NCBI GenBank assembly: GCA_007135095.1
Contig: SLJO01000067.1
Coordinates: forward strand, 5,849 to 69,848
Length of the DNA: 64,000 nt
Origin: Bacteroidales bacterium
GTDB taxonomy: Bacteria; Bacteroidota; Bacteroidia; Bacteroidales; PUMT01
Reading direction: 5' to 3'
In this document: positions 28,137 through 38,112 of the stretch, one piece after another
Position numbering within the stretch: position 1 is the first letter of the stretch
How the letters are laid out: each line of letters starts with the position of its first letter
The notes under the pieces: generated by a model
The model's input: the letters and a program-made list of their open reading frames with translations, nothing else
Databases searched by the model: none
What the model was told of the DNA's origin: nothing
Made by a program: the position numbers and the translations under genes

Positions 28137-29615
28137 TTACTCCTCATCCATGCAGAACAGTCCTTTCACCGAGTCGGCGGAAACGGGCGGGTAGCTAAGA
28201 TGGATGTGTTCGTTGTTTTTCAGGCTGTATTTATATTCTCTGCAAAGTGTGCCAGCATTTGCGGCAATGTCGGTAATCGCCCCGATAATGAAATCTATTT
28301 CACTGTCCGTGGTGGTAGGATGCAAAGAGAGGCGCACCCAGCCAGGCTTTGTGGAAAAGTCGCCGTGGCTGATCCTGTCGGTGATCTCCTGTGATTTCTG
28401 GTAACTGACCTCCAGGAGAAAATGCCCGTATGTGCCTGCGCAGGCACATCCGCCTCTTGCCTGTATTCCGTATTTGTCATTCAAGAGCCTTACAAAAAGA
28501 TTATAATGGATGTCAGGATGATAAAAGGAGAATACCGCAAGCCTCTCCCGGGTCTCACTGGCAAGTATCTTAATGCCTTTGATCCCCAGCAATCCGGAAA
28601 AGACCTTTTTCACAATTTCCTTTTCCCTTTCCCTGATCCGGCTGGTTCCCATCTTGTTTTTTAGTTCGATGGCAAGGGCTGTACGTATGGCCTGGAGGTA
28701 GCCGGGTGTTCCTCCGTCTTCCCTGGCCTCAATATTGTCTACATATTTGTACTTCCCCCACGGATTGGTCCAGTCCACAGTCCCCCCGCCCGAATCATCG
28801 GGCTTTTCATTATTGTAAAGACTTGCATCAAAAATAAGGACACCGGATGAGCCAGGCCCGCCGAGAAACTTATGCGGTGAAAAATAAATGGCATCCAGCT
28901 TTTCCATGTTGTCATCAGGGTGCATATCAATATCGATATAGGGAGCTGAAGCAGCAAAATCAATGAAGCAAACACCTTCATACTCATGCATCAAACGGGC
29001 CAGTTTGTGATAGGGTGTCTTAATGCCCGTTACGTTTGAGCAGGCAGTGAAAGCTCCTATCTTGAACTCCCGGTCACGGTATATTTCAAGCTGCCTGCGG
29101 AGCTGCCGGGGATCTACCAGCAGATCTTTCCCCGGCTCAATTATCACAACATCGGCAATAGTTTCATACCAGGAGGTCTGATTGGAGTGATGCTCCATAT
29201 GAGTTATGAAAACCACCGGCCTGTCCCTTTCCCTGAGGCAGCTTTTATTGATAAGTTTGCCGCATCCCTTCAGGCCGAGGATTCGCTGTAGTTTGTTTAC
29301 CACAGTGGTCATGCCGCTTCCGGCAGTTATTATCAGGTCATTCGGACCTGCATTGACATGGTCCTTTATCAGCTGCTGGGCCAGATGGTAGCAATGGGTG
29401 GTGTGGCTGCCTGTAAAGCTGGTTTCTGTATGGGTGTTTCCAACATAGATGCCGAACGAATTGGCCATCCTGTCTTCAATGCCACGGTACATCCTGCCGC
29501 TTGCAATCCAGTCGGCATAAATAATTTTCTGCCTCCCGAAAGAAGACATGAATGACGCGTCAATCCCGATGATATTTTCACGGAATTTTGAGAAATGCTT
29601 TTCAGATGATGTCAT
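28137..29615 (-). CDS. Aminotransferase class V-fold PLP-dependent enzyme (cysteine desulfurase-like)
   Basis: 492 aa. FSPHKFLGGPGSSGVL contains the PLP-binding Lys, consistent with a fold-type I class V enzyme. Confidence 0.7.
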   Translation of the reverse strand: MTSSEKHFSKFRENIIGIDASFMSSFGRQKIIYADWIASGRMYRGIEDRMANSFGIYVGNTHTETSFTGSHTTHCYHLAQQLIKDHVNAGPNDLIITAGSGMTTVVNKLQRILGLKGCGKLINKSCLRERDRPVVFITHMEHHSNQTSWYETIADVVIIEPGKDLLVDPRQLRRQLEIYRDREFKIGAFTACSNVTGIKTPYHKLARLMHEYEGVCFIDFAASAPYIDIDMHPDDNMEKLDAIYFSPHKFLGGPGSSGVLIFDASLYNNEKPDDSGGGTVDWTNPWGKYKYVDNIEAREDGGTPGYLQAIRTALAIELKNKMGTSRIREREKEIVKKVFSGLLGIKGIKILASETRERLAVFSFYHPDIHYNLFVRLLNDKYGIQARGGCACAGTYGHFLLEVSYQKSQEITDRISHGDFSTKPGWVRLSLHPTTTDSEIDFIIGAITDIAANAGTLCREYKYSLKNNEHIHLSYPPVSADSVKGLFCMDEE

Positions 29616-29763
29616 TTATCCCTTTGTTTGGATATACCCTGAAGATGATGACCGGCCCGAAAGTGAGCATCATACCAGGCCAGGGTGTTACATGGACAAA
29701 GGTAAAATAGTTATTTCATTAAAACCCTAACAAAAAGCATACTTTTCATGAACGCCTGATGCC

Positions 29764-31194
29764 TCAGTGCAGGTGGATTATCCTGTGGTCTATCAGAAGG
29801 AAAATCACTATGATCAATACTGAATAGAAAAAATAGACTTTTAGGGGTATGTATTGCCAGGGACTGATGCTAAGTTTGAAATGATTATAGGCAACCAGCA
29901 CTATTTTTTCAACCAGGAAAATAATGGATGTTGCCACTGCAACGCCAACAATCCCGTAAAACCTTATCAGGTATAGGCTGAGGGCAACATTAAGAACAAT
30001 TTCCAGGATTGAGGCAATTAGAACGATCTTTGTTTTTTTCAACCCTATCAGGATGGTCTGGGGAAATACAAGACGGCTTATTATCAGTAAGAGGTAAACC
30101 ATGAAAACATCGGCACTGCGGGAAAACGTCTCATTGAAAATGGTTATATATATAATTTTACTGAAGAAGAGCAACAGTATCGACAAGGGGAACAGCAGGT
30201 GCATAAGGCGCTTTGATTTCTCTTTAATGGCGCCAAGGGCGTCCTGCATTTTTTCCCTGGTTGAGAATTCCGGCAGCATGGCATTGCTCAGCCCGTTGGC
30301 CATAAGAATGGCCAGCGGAAATTCCTTGGCGCCGAAACGGAAAAGGGCGAAGCTGGCTGCATCATAAGTGGCCGTTATGATAATACCGTCCACATATTGG
30401 GCCGAGCCGCTGAGCAATGAACTTACTATCAGTGGCAGGCCCAGTGACATATGTTCCCTGATAAAAGGCAGGGACAGCTTCAGGCGGGCATGTTTTCTCA
30501 GTAAAACAGCAAGCCAGATGAGCCTTAAAACAGAAATAATTATTAGTCCCCAGATGGCAAATTTCATCGGATATCCCATTATTACGGGCACGGTGACTAT
30601 CAGGAGCTGAACCCCGAAGGATATTGCCCCGTATGCAATGAGGTTTGCGGGCCTGTTTTTGAGAAGATATATATACTCGACAAGATGACCGGGATTACTT
30701 AAGAGTATATATACAAAGATCAGAACCATAAAGTTGATCTCTTTGACCCCTTCAAGAAGATTAAAAGCACGCTGAAAAAGAATGCAGAACAAAAAGGCCA
30801 GGATACTGAATGCCGAGAGCAACAAAAATGCGTTGAACAATTCGGGGGATTTGGACTTTTTATTGACCGAGAGAACCCTGAAGGTTTTATTACTGTGGTA
30901 AAGTGGCAGCAGCGACTGGATCAATCCGTTAACCCAGAAGAAACTAACGGCGCCGGCAATAAAGAGTGAGAGTTCATAATATCCGATATCAGCAACCGAG
31001 ACAGGGCTTTTTGTAAATATAATACTGATCAGAAGGAAGGTAGTAAACCTTAATATCTGAATAATCTGCAGACTGGCTACGTTGGATATATTTTTCAGAA
31101 AAGCCAAACCGGGGTATAGAATTTCAGGCAAATATATAACAATTAATAAAATCTGTCCCGCAGAAACCGTATTATTAAATCCTTGCACTTGCAA
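29764..31194 (-). CDS. Oligosaccharide/polysaccharide flippase family protein (MOP/Wzx-like)
   Basis: A polytopic ORF of 476 aa. The pattern LKNISNVASLQIIQILRF near the N-terminus is typical of Wzx-like proteins. There is no ATG in the first ~160 codons. The ORF-track start is TTG at 31194, and another possible start is TTG at 31107. The true start is uncertain. Confidence 0.6.
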   Translation of the reverse strand: MQVQGFNNTVSAGQILLIVIYLPEILYPGLAFLKNISNVASLQIIQILRFTTFLLISIIFTKSPVSVADIGYYELSLFIAGAVSFFWVNGLIQSLLPLYHSNKTFRVLSVNKKSKSPELFNAFLLLSAFSILAFLFCILFQRAFNLLEGVKEINFMVLIFVYILLSNPGHLVEYIYLLKNRPANLIAYGAISFGVQLLIVTVPVIMGYPMKFAIWGLIIISVLRLIWLAVLLRKHARLKLSLPFIREHMSLGLPLIVSSLLSGSAQYVDGIIITATYDAASFALFRFGAKEFPLAILMANGLSNAMLPEFSTREKMQDALGAIKEKSKRLMHLLFPLSILLLFFSKIIYITIFNETFSRSADVFMVYLLLIISRLVFPQTILIGLKKTKIVLIASILEIVLNVALSLYLIRFYGIVGVAVATSIIFLVEKIVLVAYNHFKLSISPWQYIPLKVYFFYSVLIIVIFLLIDHRIIHLH

Positions 31195-31212
31195 AATTTA
31201 AAAAGAAATTTT

Positions 31213-31220
31213 TATCTTTG
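31213..31220 (+). promoter_or_regulatory. Candidate -7 promoter box for tRNA-His
   Basis: TATCTTTG matches TAnnTTTG and ends 11 nt before the first tRNA nucleotide. Confidence 0.45.
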
Positions 31221-31231
31221 CTGTATTAAAT

Positions 31232-31306
31232 GGTGGTCGTAGCTCAGTTGGTTAGAGCGTCAGATTGTGGTTCTGAAAGTCGCCGGTTCGAATCCGGTCT
31301 TCCACC
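31232..31306 (+). tRNA. tRNA-His (anticodon GTG)
   Basis: I folded this by hand. The extra G-1 faces C73. The D arm is GCTC-AGTTGGTTA-GAGC. The anticodon arm is TCAGA-TTGTGGT-TCTGA. The T arm is GCCGG-TTCGAAT-CCGGT. In the acceptor stem GTGGTCG pairs with CTTCCAC, leaving two adjacent mismatches (U5-U68 and C6-U67). Confidence 0.8.
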
Positions 31307-31324
31307 CCGCTAAGGAAAACGACC

Positions 31325-31366
31325 AGAGGCAATTATCTTTTTATCAGATGATTGCCTCTTTTTTTT
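31325..31366 (+). terminator. Rho-independent terminator after tRNA-His
   Basis: AGAGGCAAT (31325-31333) pairs with ATTGCCTCT (31351-31359). An inner ATCT/AGAT extension adds to the stem. A run of T follows through 31366. Confidence 0.75.
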
Positions 31367-31505
31367 AGCAGAACATTCCCTTATAATTCCTTATTGAGGA
31401 TCTCCTTAATTAATGCCGCTCCCAGGGTATATCCCGGCTTTTTATTTGTAAATTTACATTGTCGGTCGACCGTCATTGAGCGAATGTTTTGTAAATCACA
31501 CTAAA

Positions 31506-32666
31506 ATGGTGCGTACAATTACTACCGAGAGGATACCCATCAAGCTCTGGATTGATTATATAGAGGAGGGGGCCATGCAGCAGGCCAGGGATATCGCAAA
31601 CCTGCCCTTTGCCGCCCGTCACGTGGCCATTATGCCCGACGCCCACCAGGGTTTCGGCATGCCCATAGGAGGCGTGCTTGCAACCCGGGGCGTAGTGATA
31701 CCCAACGCAGTTGGTGTAGATATAGGCTGCGGTATGTGCTCAATTAAAACTTCCGTTTCACAGCCCCCGTCATCAGCACTGGGGAAAATAGCCGGGGACA
31801 TAAGAAGAAGCATACCTCTGGGTTTCAGGCATCACAGGAAACCCCGTCCGGCCGATCTTTTTCCCCAGCTTGAAAACCCTCTGCCGGTTATAGAAAGGGA
31901 ATATGAAAAAGCTGCCTATCAGGTTGGTACTCTGGGTGGCGGCAATCATTTTATCGAACTTCAGAAAGATCCTGAGGGATATCTAAGGGTAATGGTCCAT
32001 TCGGGCAGCAGGAACCTGGGTAAACAGGTGGCCGACCATTACTACAGGGCAGCGGTCAGGATAAATGAGAAGGAGTTCAGGAAAAAGGAAATTCCCAGGC
32101 AACTTGCCGGCCTGGTTCTTGATTCTGACGAGGGCCGCCTTTATATAAGGGAAATGCAGTATTGTATCGACTTTGCATTTGCCAACAGGAAACATATGAT
32201 GGATGTGGTATCCGAAATTATTGACAGTCATTTTCCCGGGGTATCCTTTTCCGGTTTCATTAATATAGCCCACAATTATGCAAGCAGGGAAAAGCATTTC
32301 GGTGAACAGCTGATAATTCACCGCAAGGGGGCGACCTCCGCGAAAAAGGGCGAGTGGGGCATTATTCCGGGATCACAGGGAAGCAGCAGCTACATCGTAA
32401 AAGGAAAAGGAAATCCTGAAAGTTTTTCAAGCTGTTCACACGGAGCCGGGCGGAAAATGGGAAGAAAACAGGCTCAGAGAACACTGGATCTTCTTAAGGA
32501 AAAGGGCAGGCTGGATAAACAAGGAATCATCCACAGCGTAATCAGCAAAAAGGACCTTGATGAGGCCTCCGGCGCATATAAGGATATCAGCATGGTAATG
32601 AAACTCCAGGAAGACCTGGTTGAAATTGTTACGGAGCTGCAGCCGCTGGCCGTTGTAAAGGGATAA
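31506..32666 (+). CDS. rtcB: RNA-splicing ligase RtcB
   Basis: Motifs PDAHQGFGMPIGG, GGGNHFIE, HSGSRNLG and CSHGAGR. I moved the start to ATG 31506, since the ORF-track start is a TTG 10 codons upstream. Confidence 0.9.
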   Translation: MVRTITTERIPIKLWIDYIEEGAMQQARDIANLPFAARHVAIMPDAHQGFGMPIGGVLATRGVVIPNAVGVDIGCGMCSIKTSVSQPPSSALGKIAGDIRRSIPLGFRHHRKPRPADLFPQLENPLPVIEREYEKAAYQVGTLGGGNHFIELQKDPEGYLRVMVHSGSRNLGKQVADHYYRAAVRINEKEFRKKEIPRQLAGLVLDSDEGRLYIREMQYCIDFAFANRKHMMDVVSEIIDSHFPGVSFSGFINIAHNYASREKHFGEQLIIHRKGATSAKKGEWGIIPGSQGSSSYIVKGKGNPESFSSCSHGAGRKMGRKQAQRTLDLLKEKGRLDKQGIIHSVISKKDLDEASGAYKDISMVMKLQEDLVEIVTELQPLAVVKG

Positions 32667-32696
32667 GAACCTTTGCGGACAAAGAAACTGGTCAGG

Positions 32697-33148
32697 TTAT
32701 GGCCCGTTAATTCCCTGATCTTCCAGCTTAACAATTCCATAGGTGGTTCCCAACCATTTATTGCCTTTTGAATCAATCGATATAGCCCTCACGTTATGTA
32801 CCCTGAGAAGATCATCATAGTCTGTATAATTCATCCAGCCGGTACCGTCAAACTTTGAAACTCCGCCCTCGGTGGCAAACCAGATACTCCCTTGCCCATC
32901 AACGGTAACAGCATGACCCGGGCAATGGATGGTTCACTGGAAAGCCAGATGTAATCTGTGAAAGTTGATTTGGACGGAGTGATGATCAGTTCGAGTGTAT
33001 CATGTTTTCCAACTTCCAAAGTTTTAGATGAAGGGGAAATTTCAATTCCGGTTACAGGAACAGGTTCCTCAATTTGCTCGCTTTTACACGAAAAAACAAG
33101 CAGCAAAATAGCCGCTAAATAAATCAGATGCAGGTTTATCGGCTTCAT
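32697..33148 (-). pseudogene. Frameshifted small lipoprotein gene (Big_2-like segment followed by two Reg_prop-type propeller repeats)
   Basis: Frame A runs 33148 to 32831 and reads MKPINLHLIYLAAILLLVFSC...WLSSEPSIARV, then becomes junk. A second frame opens right after a TGA at 32934-32936. It reads PGHAVTVDGQGSIWFATEGGVSKFDGTGWMNYTDYDDLLRVHNVRAISIDSKGNKWLGTTYGIVKLEDQGINGP and stops at 32697. The total length of 452 nt is not a multiple of 3. The likely slip site is CCCGGG at 32917-32922. Confidence 0.45.
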
Positions 33149-33269
33149 TAGGACTGATTTTAATGATTGGCTGGCCTGTCAGCCCCGGCAGTTCCGCCAG
33201 GGATTTCTTTATCTGCTTCGATCTGCTGCAAGTTAAAAGTTCTGCTTTTATTGAGGGGAAAAAAGCTGT

Positions 33270-34469
33270 TTACTGCGGGGGAAGGAAATGTTGGGTTATT
33301 TTTCCTGATATCTTGTCCTTAAGTATCCTTTTAGTCGAGCCGTCCGGCATAACCTCCTCCTTGATCAGAAGGCTGTCTTTGTCATACTCGTCAAAAACAG
33401 CTATCGGTTCGGCTTTTTCCTTGCCCCGCCATACTTCAAGGTTAACAGGCTCCCATTTTTTGGTTGTTACCGAGCGGTAGCATGCCTCCATTATCTCATT
33501 GACAACGTAACCATCGTAAAATGTCTCCATGCATTCTGTCCCGTTCTCCCAGGCATTCAGCATATCGGTAAACATATTATTGTTCCCAAGCTCGTGAACC
33601 TCATCGGCAACAGGGAATAGCCATCCGCGGTCGGTTTCGGCTTTTTCTGCAACATACCCCTTTTTCCCTCCTGCAGAAAACATTTCAATGCCGGTTCTGA
33701 GAAAATTGTTGATCCAGATCGTTCCCTCTGTACCCATAACCTCATCGCGCAAATCCATGCCGCCCCGGAATGTCCAGCTTACTTCAAACTGTGCCATGGC
33801 ACCGTTTGCATAGCGTACAAAACCTATGGCATTATCTTCGGCATCGATAGGCTTGACCAGCGTATCAGCCCAGCAAATTACTTCCACTGGCCTTATGTCC
33901 TTGCCGATATAACCCCGTGCAATTTCGATACAATGGCATCCCATATCCAGGAGCACTCCGCCCCCTGATATCTCCTTGTCCCAGAACCAGTCCGAGTGCG
34001 GACCGGGGTGAGTTTCCCTTGAACGTACCCATATAACCTTGCCGATTGTACCTTTTTTTACCGAGTCAAACCCGGCAAGACATTTGGGAGTGTATACAAG
34101 GTCTTCAAGGTATCCGTTAAATATCCCGGCCTTTTCGACTGCATCGAGCATCTGTTTTGCTTCCCCGGGATTTCTTCCAAGGGGCTTGGTACACAGGACA
34201 GCTTTCTTTGCCTGGGCTGCCAGCAATACCGCCTCCAGGTGCAAATTATTGGGAAGGCCGACCACAACAACCTCAACCTGGGGATTGTTGACCGCTGCAG
34301 ACATATCGGTGGTCCATTCGGGAATGCCATGCATGGCAGCAAAGGCCTTAGCCCTGTCGCCGTCATGGTCGCAAACAACCTGCACCTTGTCCCTGCTGCG
34401 CAGGCCATGAAGAGATGATGTGTAGAATCCGCCGATAAACCCGGCGCCAAGCATTGCTATTTTTGCCAT
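33270..34469 (-). CDS. Gfo/Idh/MocA family oxidoreductase
   Basis: 399 aa with the N-terminal Rossmann motif [13 protein letters not shown] and the family motif VLCTKPLG. Confidence 0.85.
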   Translation of the reverse strand: MAKIAMLGAGFIGGFYTSSLHGLRSRDKVQVVCDHDGDRAKAFAAMHGIPEWTTDMSAAVNNPQVEVVVVGLPNNLHLEAVLLAAQAKKAVLCTKPLGRNPGEAKQMLDAVEKAGIFNGYLEDLVYTPKCLAGFDSVKKGTIGKVIWVRSRETHPGPHSDWFWDKEISGGGVLLDMGCHCIEIARGYIGKDIRPVEVICWADTLVKPIDAEDNAIGFVRYANGAMAQFEVSWTFRGGMDLRDEVMGTEGTIWINNFLRTGIEMFSAGGKKGYVAEKAETDRGWLFPVADEVHELGNNNMFTDMLNAWENGTECMETFYDGYVVNEIMEACYRSVTTKKWEPVNLEVWRGKEKAEPIAVFDEYDKDSLLIKEEVMPDGSTKRILKDKISGKITQHFLPPQ

Positions 34470-34578
34470 AATATTTTATATTATTGTTAGTGTATTTACT
34501 GCCTGAGCCATATGAATCGTGCAGGGTAAATTGTCCAACAATAATAGGCAAAATCCTAAAAAAAAAGAAATTCCTTTT

Positions 34579-35439
34579 TTACCCCAGGTACATCCTGAGT
34601 AATTTATTCTTGGATTTATGCCGGAGCCGCTTCAATGCCTTTTCCTTTATCTGCCTTGTGCGCTCCTTGGTAAGGCCAAGCTCCTCACCTATGGCCTCGA
34701 GTGACATCTCCTGCCTTCCGAGTCCGAAATAGCATTCAAGGACATTGCGCTCCTTTTCTGTTAAAATGCTAAGCGTGCGTGATATCTCCTTGCGAAGGGA
34801 GTCGGTCATAAGCTCCGAGTCTGCCACGGGGGAATCCTTGTTCTCCATCACATCGAGCAGGCTGTTGTCTTCGCCGTCTATAAATGGTGCATCGAACGAC
34901 ATGGGGCGGCCGTTGAGTTTCAGTGTGCCGGCAACCTTTTCCTTGGTCATTTCAAGTTTCTCGGCGAGCTCCTCTGCCGAGGGGTCCCTCTCGTTCTCCT
35001 GTTCAAAGCGGGAACTTATCTTGTGAATCTTTCCAAGTGAACCCACCTGGTTCAGTGGAAGCCTGACTACCCTTGCCTGTTCGGATATTGCCTGTAATAT
35101 GGATTGGCGGATCCACCATACAGCATACGATATGAATTTAAACCCTTTAGTCTCATCAAATTTTGTAGCGGCCTTGATGAGTCCCAGGTTACCCTCATTG
35201 ATCAGGTCAGGGAGACTCAGTCCCTGAAACTGGTATTGCTTGGCTACTGAAACTACAAACCGCAGGTTTGCCTTAACCATTTTCTCCAGAGCAGTCTGAT
35301 CTCCTACCCTGATCCTCTGGGCAAGCTCCACTTCCATTTCAGGACTTATCAGGTCCTCCTTGCCTATTTCCTGCAAATACTTCTCAATTGAATTGGAATC
35401 ACGGTTGGTGATTGACTTGGTAATTTTTAACTGCCTCAT
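34579..35439 (-). CDS. rpoD: RNA polymerase primary sigma factor (sigma-70 family, short Bacteroidota sigma-A type)
   Basis: 286 aa with region 2 [10 protein letters not shown] and region 4 [18 protein letters not shown]. The length is typical of the Bacteroidota primary sigma. Confidence 0.9.
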   Translation of the reverse strand: MRQLKITKSITNRDSNSIEKYLQEIGKEDLISPEMEVELAQRIRVGDQTALEKMVKANLRFVVSVAKQYQFQGLSLPDLINEGNLGLIKAATKFDETKGFKFISYAVWWIRQSILQAISEQARVVRLPLNQVGSLGKIHKISSRFEQENERDPSAEELAEKLEMTKEKVAGTLKLNGRPMSFDAPFIDGEDNSLLDVMENKDSPVADSELMTDSLRKEISRTLSILTEKERNVLECYFGLGRQEMSLEAIGEELGLTKERTRQIKEKALKRLRHKSKNKLLRMYLG

Positions 35440-35486
35440 TATTATTATGTGTTATAGATTGGTTTATTACCTGTTTAAACTTCAAC

Positions 35487-35789
35487 TTATTTTTTCCTAA
35501 AGGTCATCAGATGCGCATAACGCTCAGTTTCAATATTGTAATTGGGAGGGTCAGAAGACTTATCTATTAGCCCCAGCAGCTTAAGCTCAAAAATATGATT
35601 GGTCCCTGCCGGCTGTGATATTCCAAGTTCCCTGAGAATATCTCCGAATGAAAGCGGCCCGTTCTTTTTAAGCGTACGCAGGATAGACATCTTAACCTCG
35701 TCATTAAGAATTTCTTCGGCCCGGTCTTTGGTTAATTTTTCAACAATATTATCTCCCGTTTGTTCATGCTTACCCTGATTATTTTTCAT
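35487..35789 (-). CDS. Small winged-helix (ArsR/MarR-like) transcriptional regulator
   Basis: 100 aa. SILRTLKKNGPLSFGDILRELGISQPAGTNHIFELKLLGLI looks like an HTH plus wing. No metal-binding Cys is present. Confidence 0.5.
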   Translation of the reverse strand: MKNNQGKHEQTGDNIVEKLTKDRAEEILNDEVKMSILRTLKKNGPLSFGDILRELGISQPAGTNHIFELKLLGLIDKSSDPPNYNIETERYAHLMTFRKK

Positions 35790-35878
35790 GTTCCATATTT
35801 ATTTTTTAATTTTAATTTCCTGACTCACCTCATTATCATCATCTCCGGCAGCAACCCAACCGGTCGGTCCCTATATTT

Positions 35879-36949
35879 TTATACTACTTTTTTGCTGATG
35901 TACCTGGAGTTCATAATATGCAAAGATCCCATGTAATTAAGCTTAAAATCAATCAGATCGCCTACTTTATATTTTGGTTTTTTAGTTCCAAGATCAACAA
36001 CAATCATATCTGAACTTGCGCCGGAGATGGTTATTTTCTTATCCTCCAGCTCCAGATCGTCAATATTGATGTCAAGCAGTCCTATATCCAGTATCGCCCT
36101 GTAGGATGTTTTACCCAGGTCCTTGTCATCAAACTCAAGTGTTTCACCGGAAACATTGGCGCCTATTTCTCCTGTGGGAACCACGGGCTTCTCTGTCAGC
36201 TCGATGATCTCTGCATAAAGCTTGAATATCCCGTTTTTCATTCCTTTTATCATTTTTCCCGTAAACAGGTCCTTTCCGAAAAACAAAGTCTCGCCCACAC
36301 GGAAATGGTCTACCGAGGCAGGCAGTATGCCCTTGATTAAGAGGGGTATGGTTACTGACGACCCGCCGGAAATAAAGGGGATCTTCCTTTTGAACTTGGT
36401 CTCGATCAGCTGTTTGTAAAGCCCCAGCTGTATGAGTTTATCCTGGCTTGGCATTATGCCGTACAGGCAGTTCAGGTTTGTTCCCAGGCCTATCACATCA
36501 ATGTTGGGAAGATTAAATATGCTGCCATAAAACCCGACAAGATTGTCTCCAAGTACCCCTTCCCGCAGATCACCCATTTCGATCATTATAATGATCTTGT
36601 GTATCTTGTTCTGTTTCATTGCTTCTTCGTTCAACAGCCTGATTGTGTATAATTCAGTGTTCAGGCTGATGTCGGCATAAGTCACAACAGAGCGGACTGC
36701 CCTTTTCGCCGGCGGTTTAATATAAACTGTTTCAATGCCGGGAGCTATATTCTTTATCATCTTAAGGTTACTTACCCTCGAGTCACAAACCTGCTTTATT
36801 CCCAGGTTGATCACTTCCTTCAGGTAGGTCCTGTTTCCACATAACAGCTTTGTAACGATTCCCCAGCTGATATTATTATTCTGAAAAAGATTATTTAAAA
36901 AATCATAGTTATGTTTGAGTCTTTCCTTATGAAACTCCATGAACGCCAT
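35879..36949 (-). CDS. Alanine/ornithine racemase-family PLP-dependent enzyme (alanine-racemase fold, YhfX/Orr-like)
   Basis: 356 aa. GIVTKLLCGN occupies the position of the PLP-Lys motif. The size, a TIM-barrel N-domain plus a beta C-domain, fits this family. It starts 11 nt after the alr stop. Confidence 0.6.
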   Translation of the reverse strand: MAFMEFHKERLKHNYDFLNNLFQNNNISWGIVTKLLCGNRTYLKEVINLGIKQVCDSRVSNLKMIKNIAPGIETVYIKPPAKRAVRSVVTYADISLNTELYTIRLLNEEAMKQNKIHKIIIMIEMGDLREGVLGDNLVGFYGSIFNLPNIDVIGLGTNLNCLYGIMPSQDKLIQLGLYKQLIETKFKRKIPFISGGSSVTIPLLIKGILPASVDHFRVGETLFFGKDLFTGKMIKGMKNGIFKLYAEIIELTEKPVVPTGEIGANVSGETLEFDDKDLGKTSYRAILDIGLLDINIDDLELEDKKITISGASSDMIVVDLGTKKPKYKVGDLIDFKLNYMGSLHIMNSRYISKKVV

Positions 36950-36960
36950 TTTGATAAATT

Positions 36961-38112
36961 TTAGTCGACCACAGTCCTTGGTGTTCCCTTGGGTAGCCTG
37001 GTTAATAGCTCATAATTAAGCTGGTTGCTGAATTCGCTGAATGAAGCAACCGATATAGTAAGATCACCCTGGTTGCCAATCAGCACCACCTCATCGCCTT
37101 TTTTCACGTCGGGTATTTTGGTAACATCTATAATTAACATGTTCATATTGACCATGCCGATTACTGCCACGCGCTGCCCGTTTATCAGCACACGGCCTTG
37201 ATTGCTCAGTGACCTGCTGTATCCGTAGGAATATCCGACCGGCACTATGGCTGTTGTTTTATCCTCCTGGGCAAGATAGACCGTTCCGTAGCTTACAAAT
37301 TCACCGCGCTTCACCTTTTTAATAGCCATCACCTGACTTTTCCAGCCTATCACCCTTTTAAGGGGGTCATTTTTCTCCTTTTTCTTGCTGATAAAATGAA
37401 TAAACGTTTCGGCACTCGGCCAGTAGCCGTACTGCAGGATCCCGATGCGGACCATATTGAACCTTGCCGAGGGGTATGTCATGGCAGCAGCCGAACTCGA
37501 CACATGCCTGTACCGGGGAACGAGTCCGCGATCAGAAAACCACTTGCATAACTTAACATAGCGGGAAAGCTGTTTCTGTATCCTTACATGGTTGGCTATG
37601 CTTTCAGCCCCGGCCAGATGTGTGCATAGCCCCTTAAGGACGAAGCAGGAAGGGTTGTTTAAAATTATGCCGGCAGCCTCCTTGAGTTCGTTCAGATGCA
37701 TGCCTGTCCGGTTCATGCCTGTCTCCATTTCAATGTGGATGCGGGCAGGCTTTCTGCATTTTTCCGATAATGATATTAATCTTTTCAGTCGTTCAGGGTC
37801 GAATACAAAAAATTCAATTTCATTTTCAACAGCCCATTTTAAATCCTCATCATTCATCCATCCGGTAATCATCAGGCGGGTCCCGGAACTTACTATGTTC
37901 AGCAGTTCCCGGGCTTCACATGCACTGAAAACGGAAAAATGATCAACACCGGCTCTTTCGGCTATGGGCACAAAAGTTTCAACCCCGTGCCCATAGGCAT
38001 TTGCCTTTACAACCGAAGAAATTCGCACCCCGCTGCCAAACTGCTTCTGCAGGAAGCTGAGATTGTCTGCTACCGCACCTTCACTAATTTCAATTACCGA
38101 TGTATCACTCAT
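36961..38112 (-). CDS. alr: Alanine racemase
   Basis: SSVVKANAYGHG is the PLP-Lys motif, and the C-terminal domain carries YGY. I chose the start at ATG 38112, which forms an ATGA overlap with the stop of the upstream amidohydrolase gene. Confidence 0.9.
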   Translation of the reverse strand: MSDTSVIEISEGAVADNLSFLQKQFGSGVRISSVVKANAYGHGVETFVPIAERAGVDHFSVFSACEARELLNIVSSGTRLMITGWMNDEDLKWAVENEIEFFVFDPERLKRLISLSEKCRKPARIHIEMETGMNRTGMHLNELKEAAGIILNNPSCFVLKGLCTHLAGAESIANHVRIQKQLSRYVKLCKWFSDRGLVPRYRHVSSSAAAMTYPSARFNMVRIGILQYGYWPSAETFIHFISKKKEKNDPLKRVIGWKSQVMAIKKVKRGEFVSYGTVYLAQEDKTTAIVPVGYSYGYSRSLSNQGRVLINGQRVAVIGMVNMNMLIIDVTKIPDVKKGDEVVLIGNQGDLTISVASFSEFSNQLNYELLTRLPKGTPRTVVD

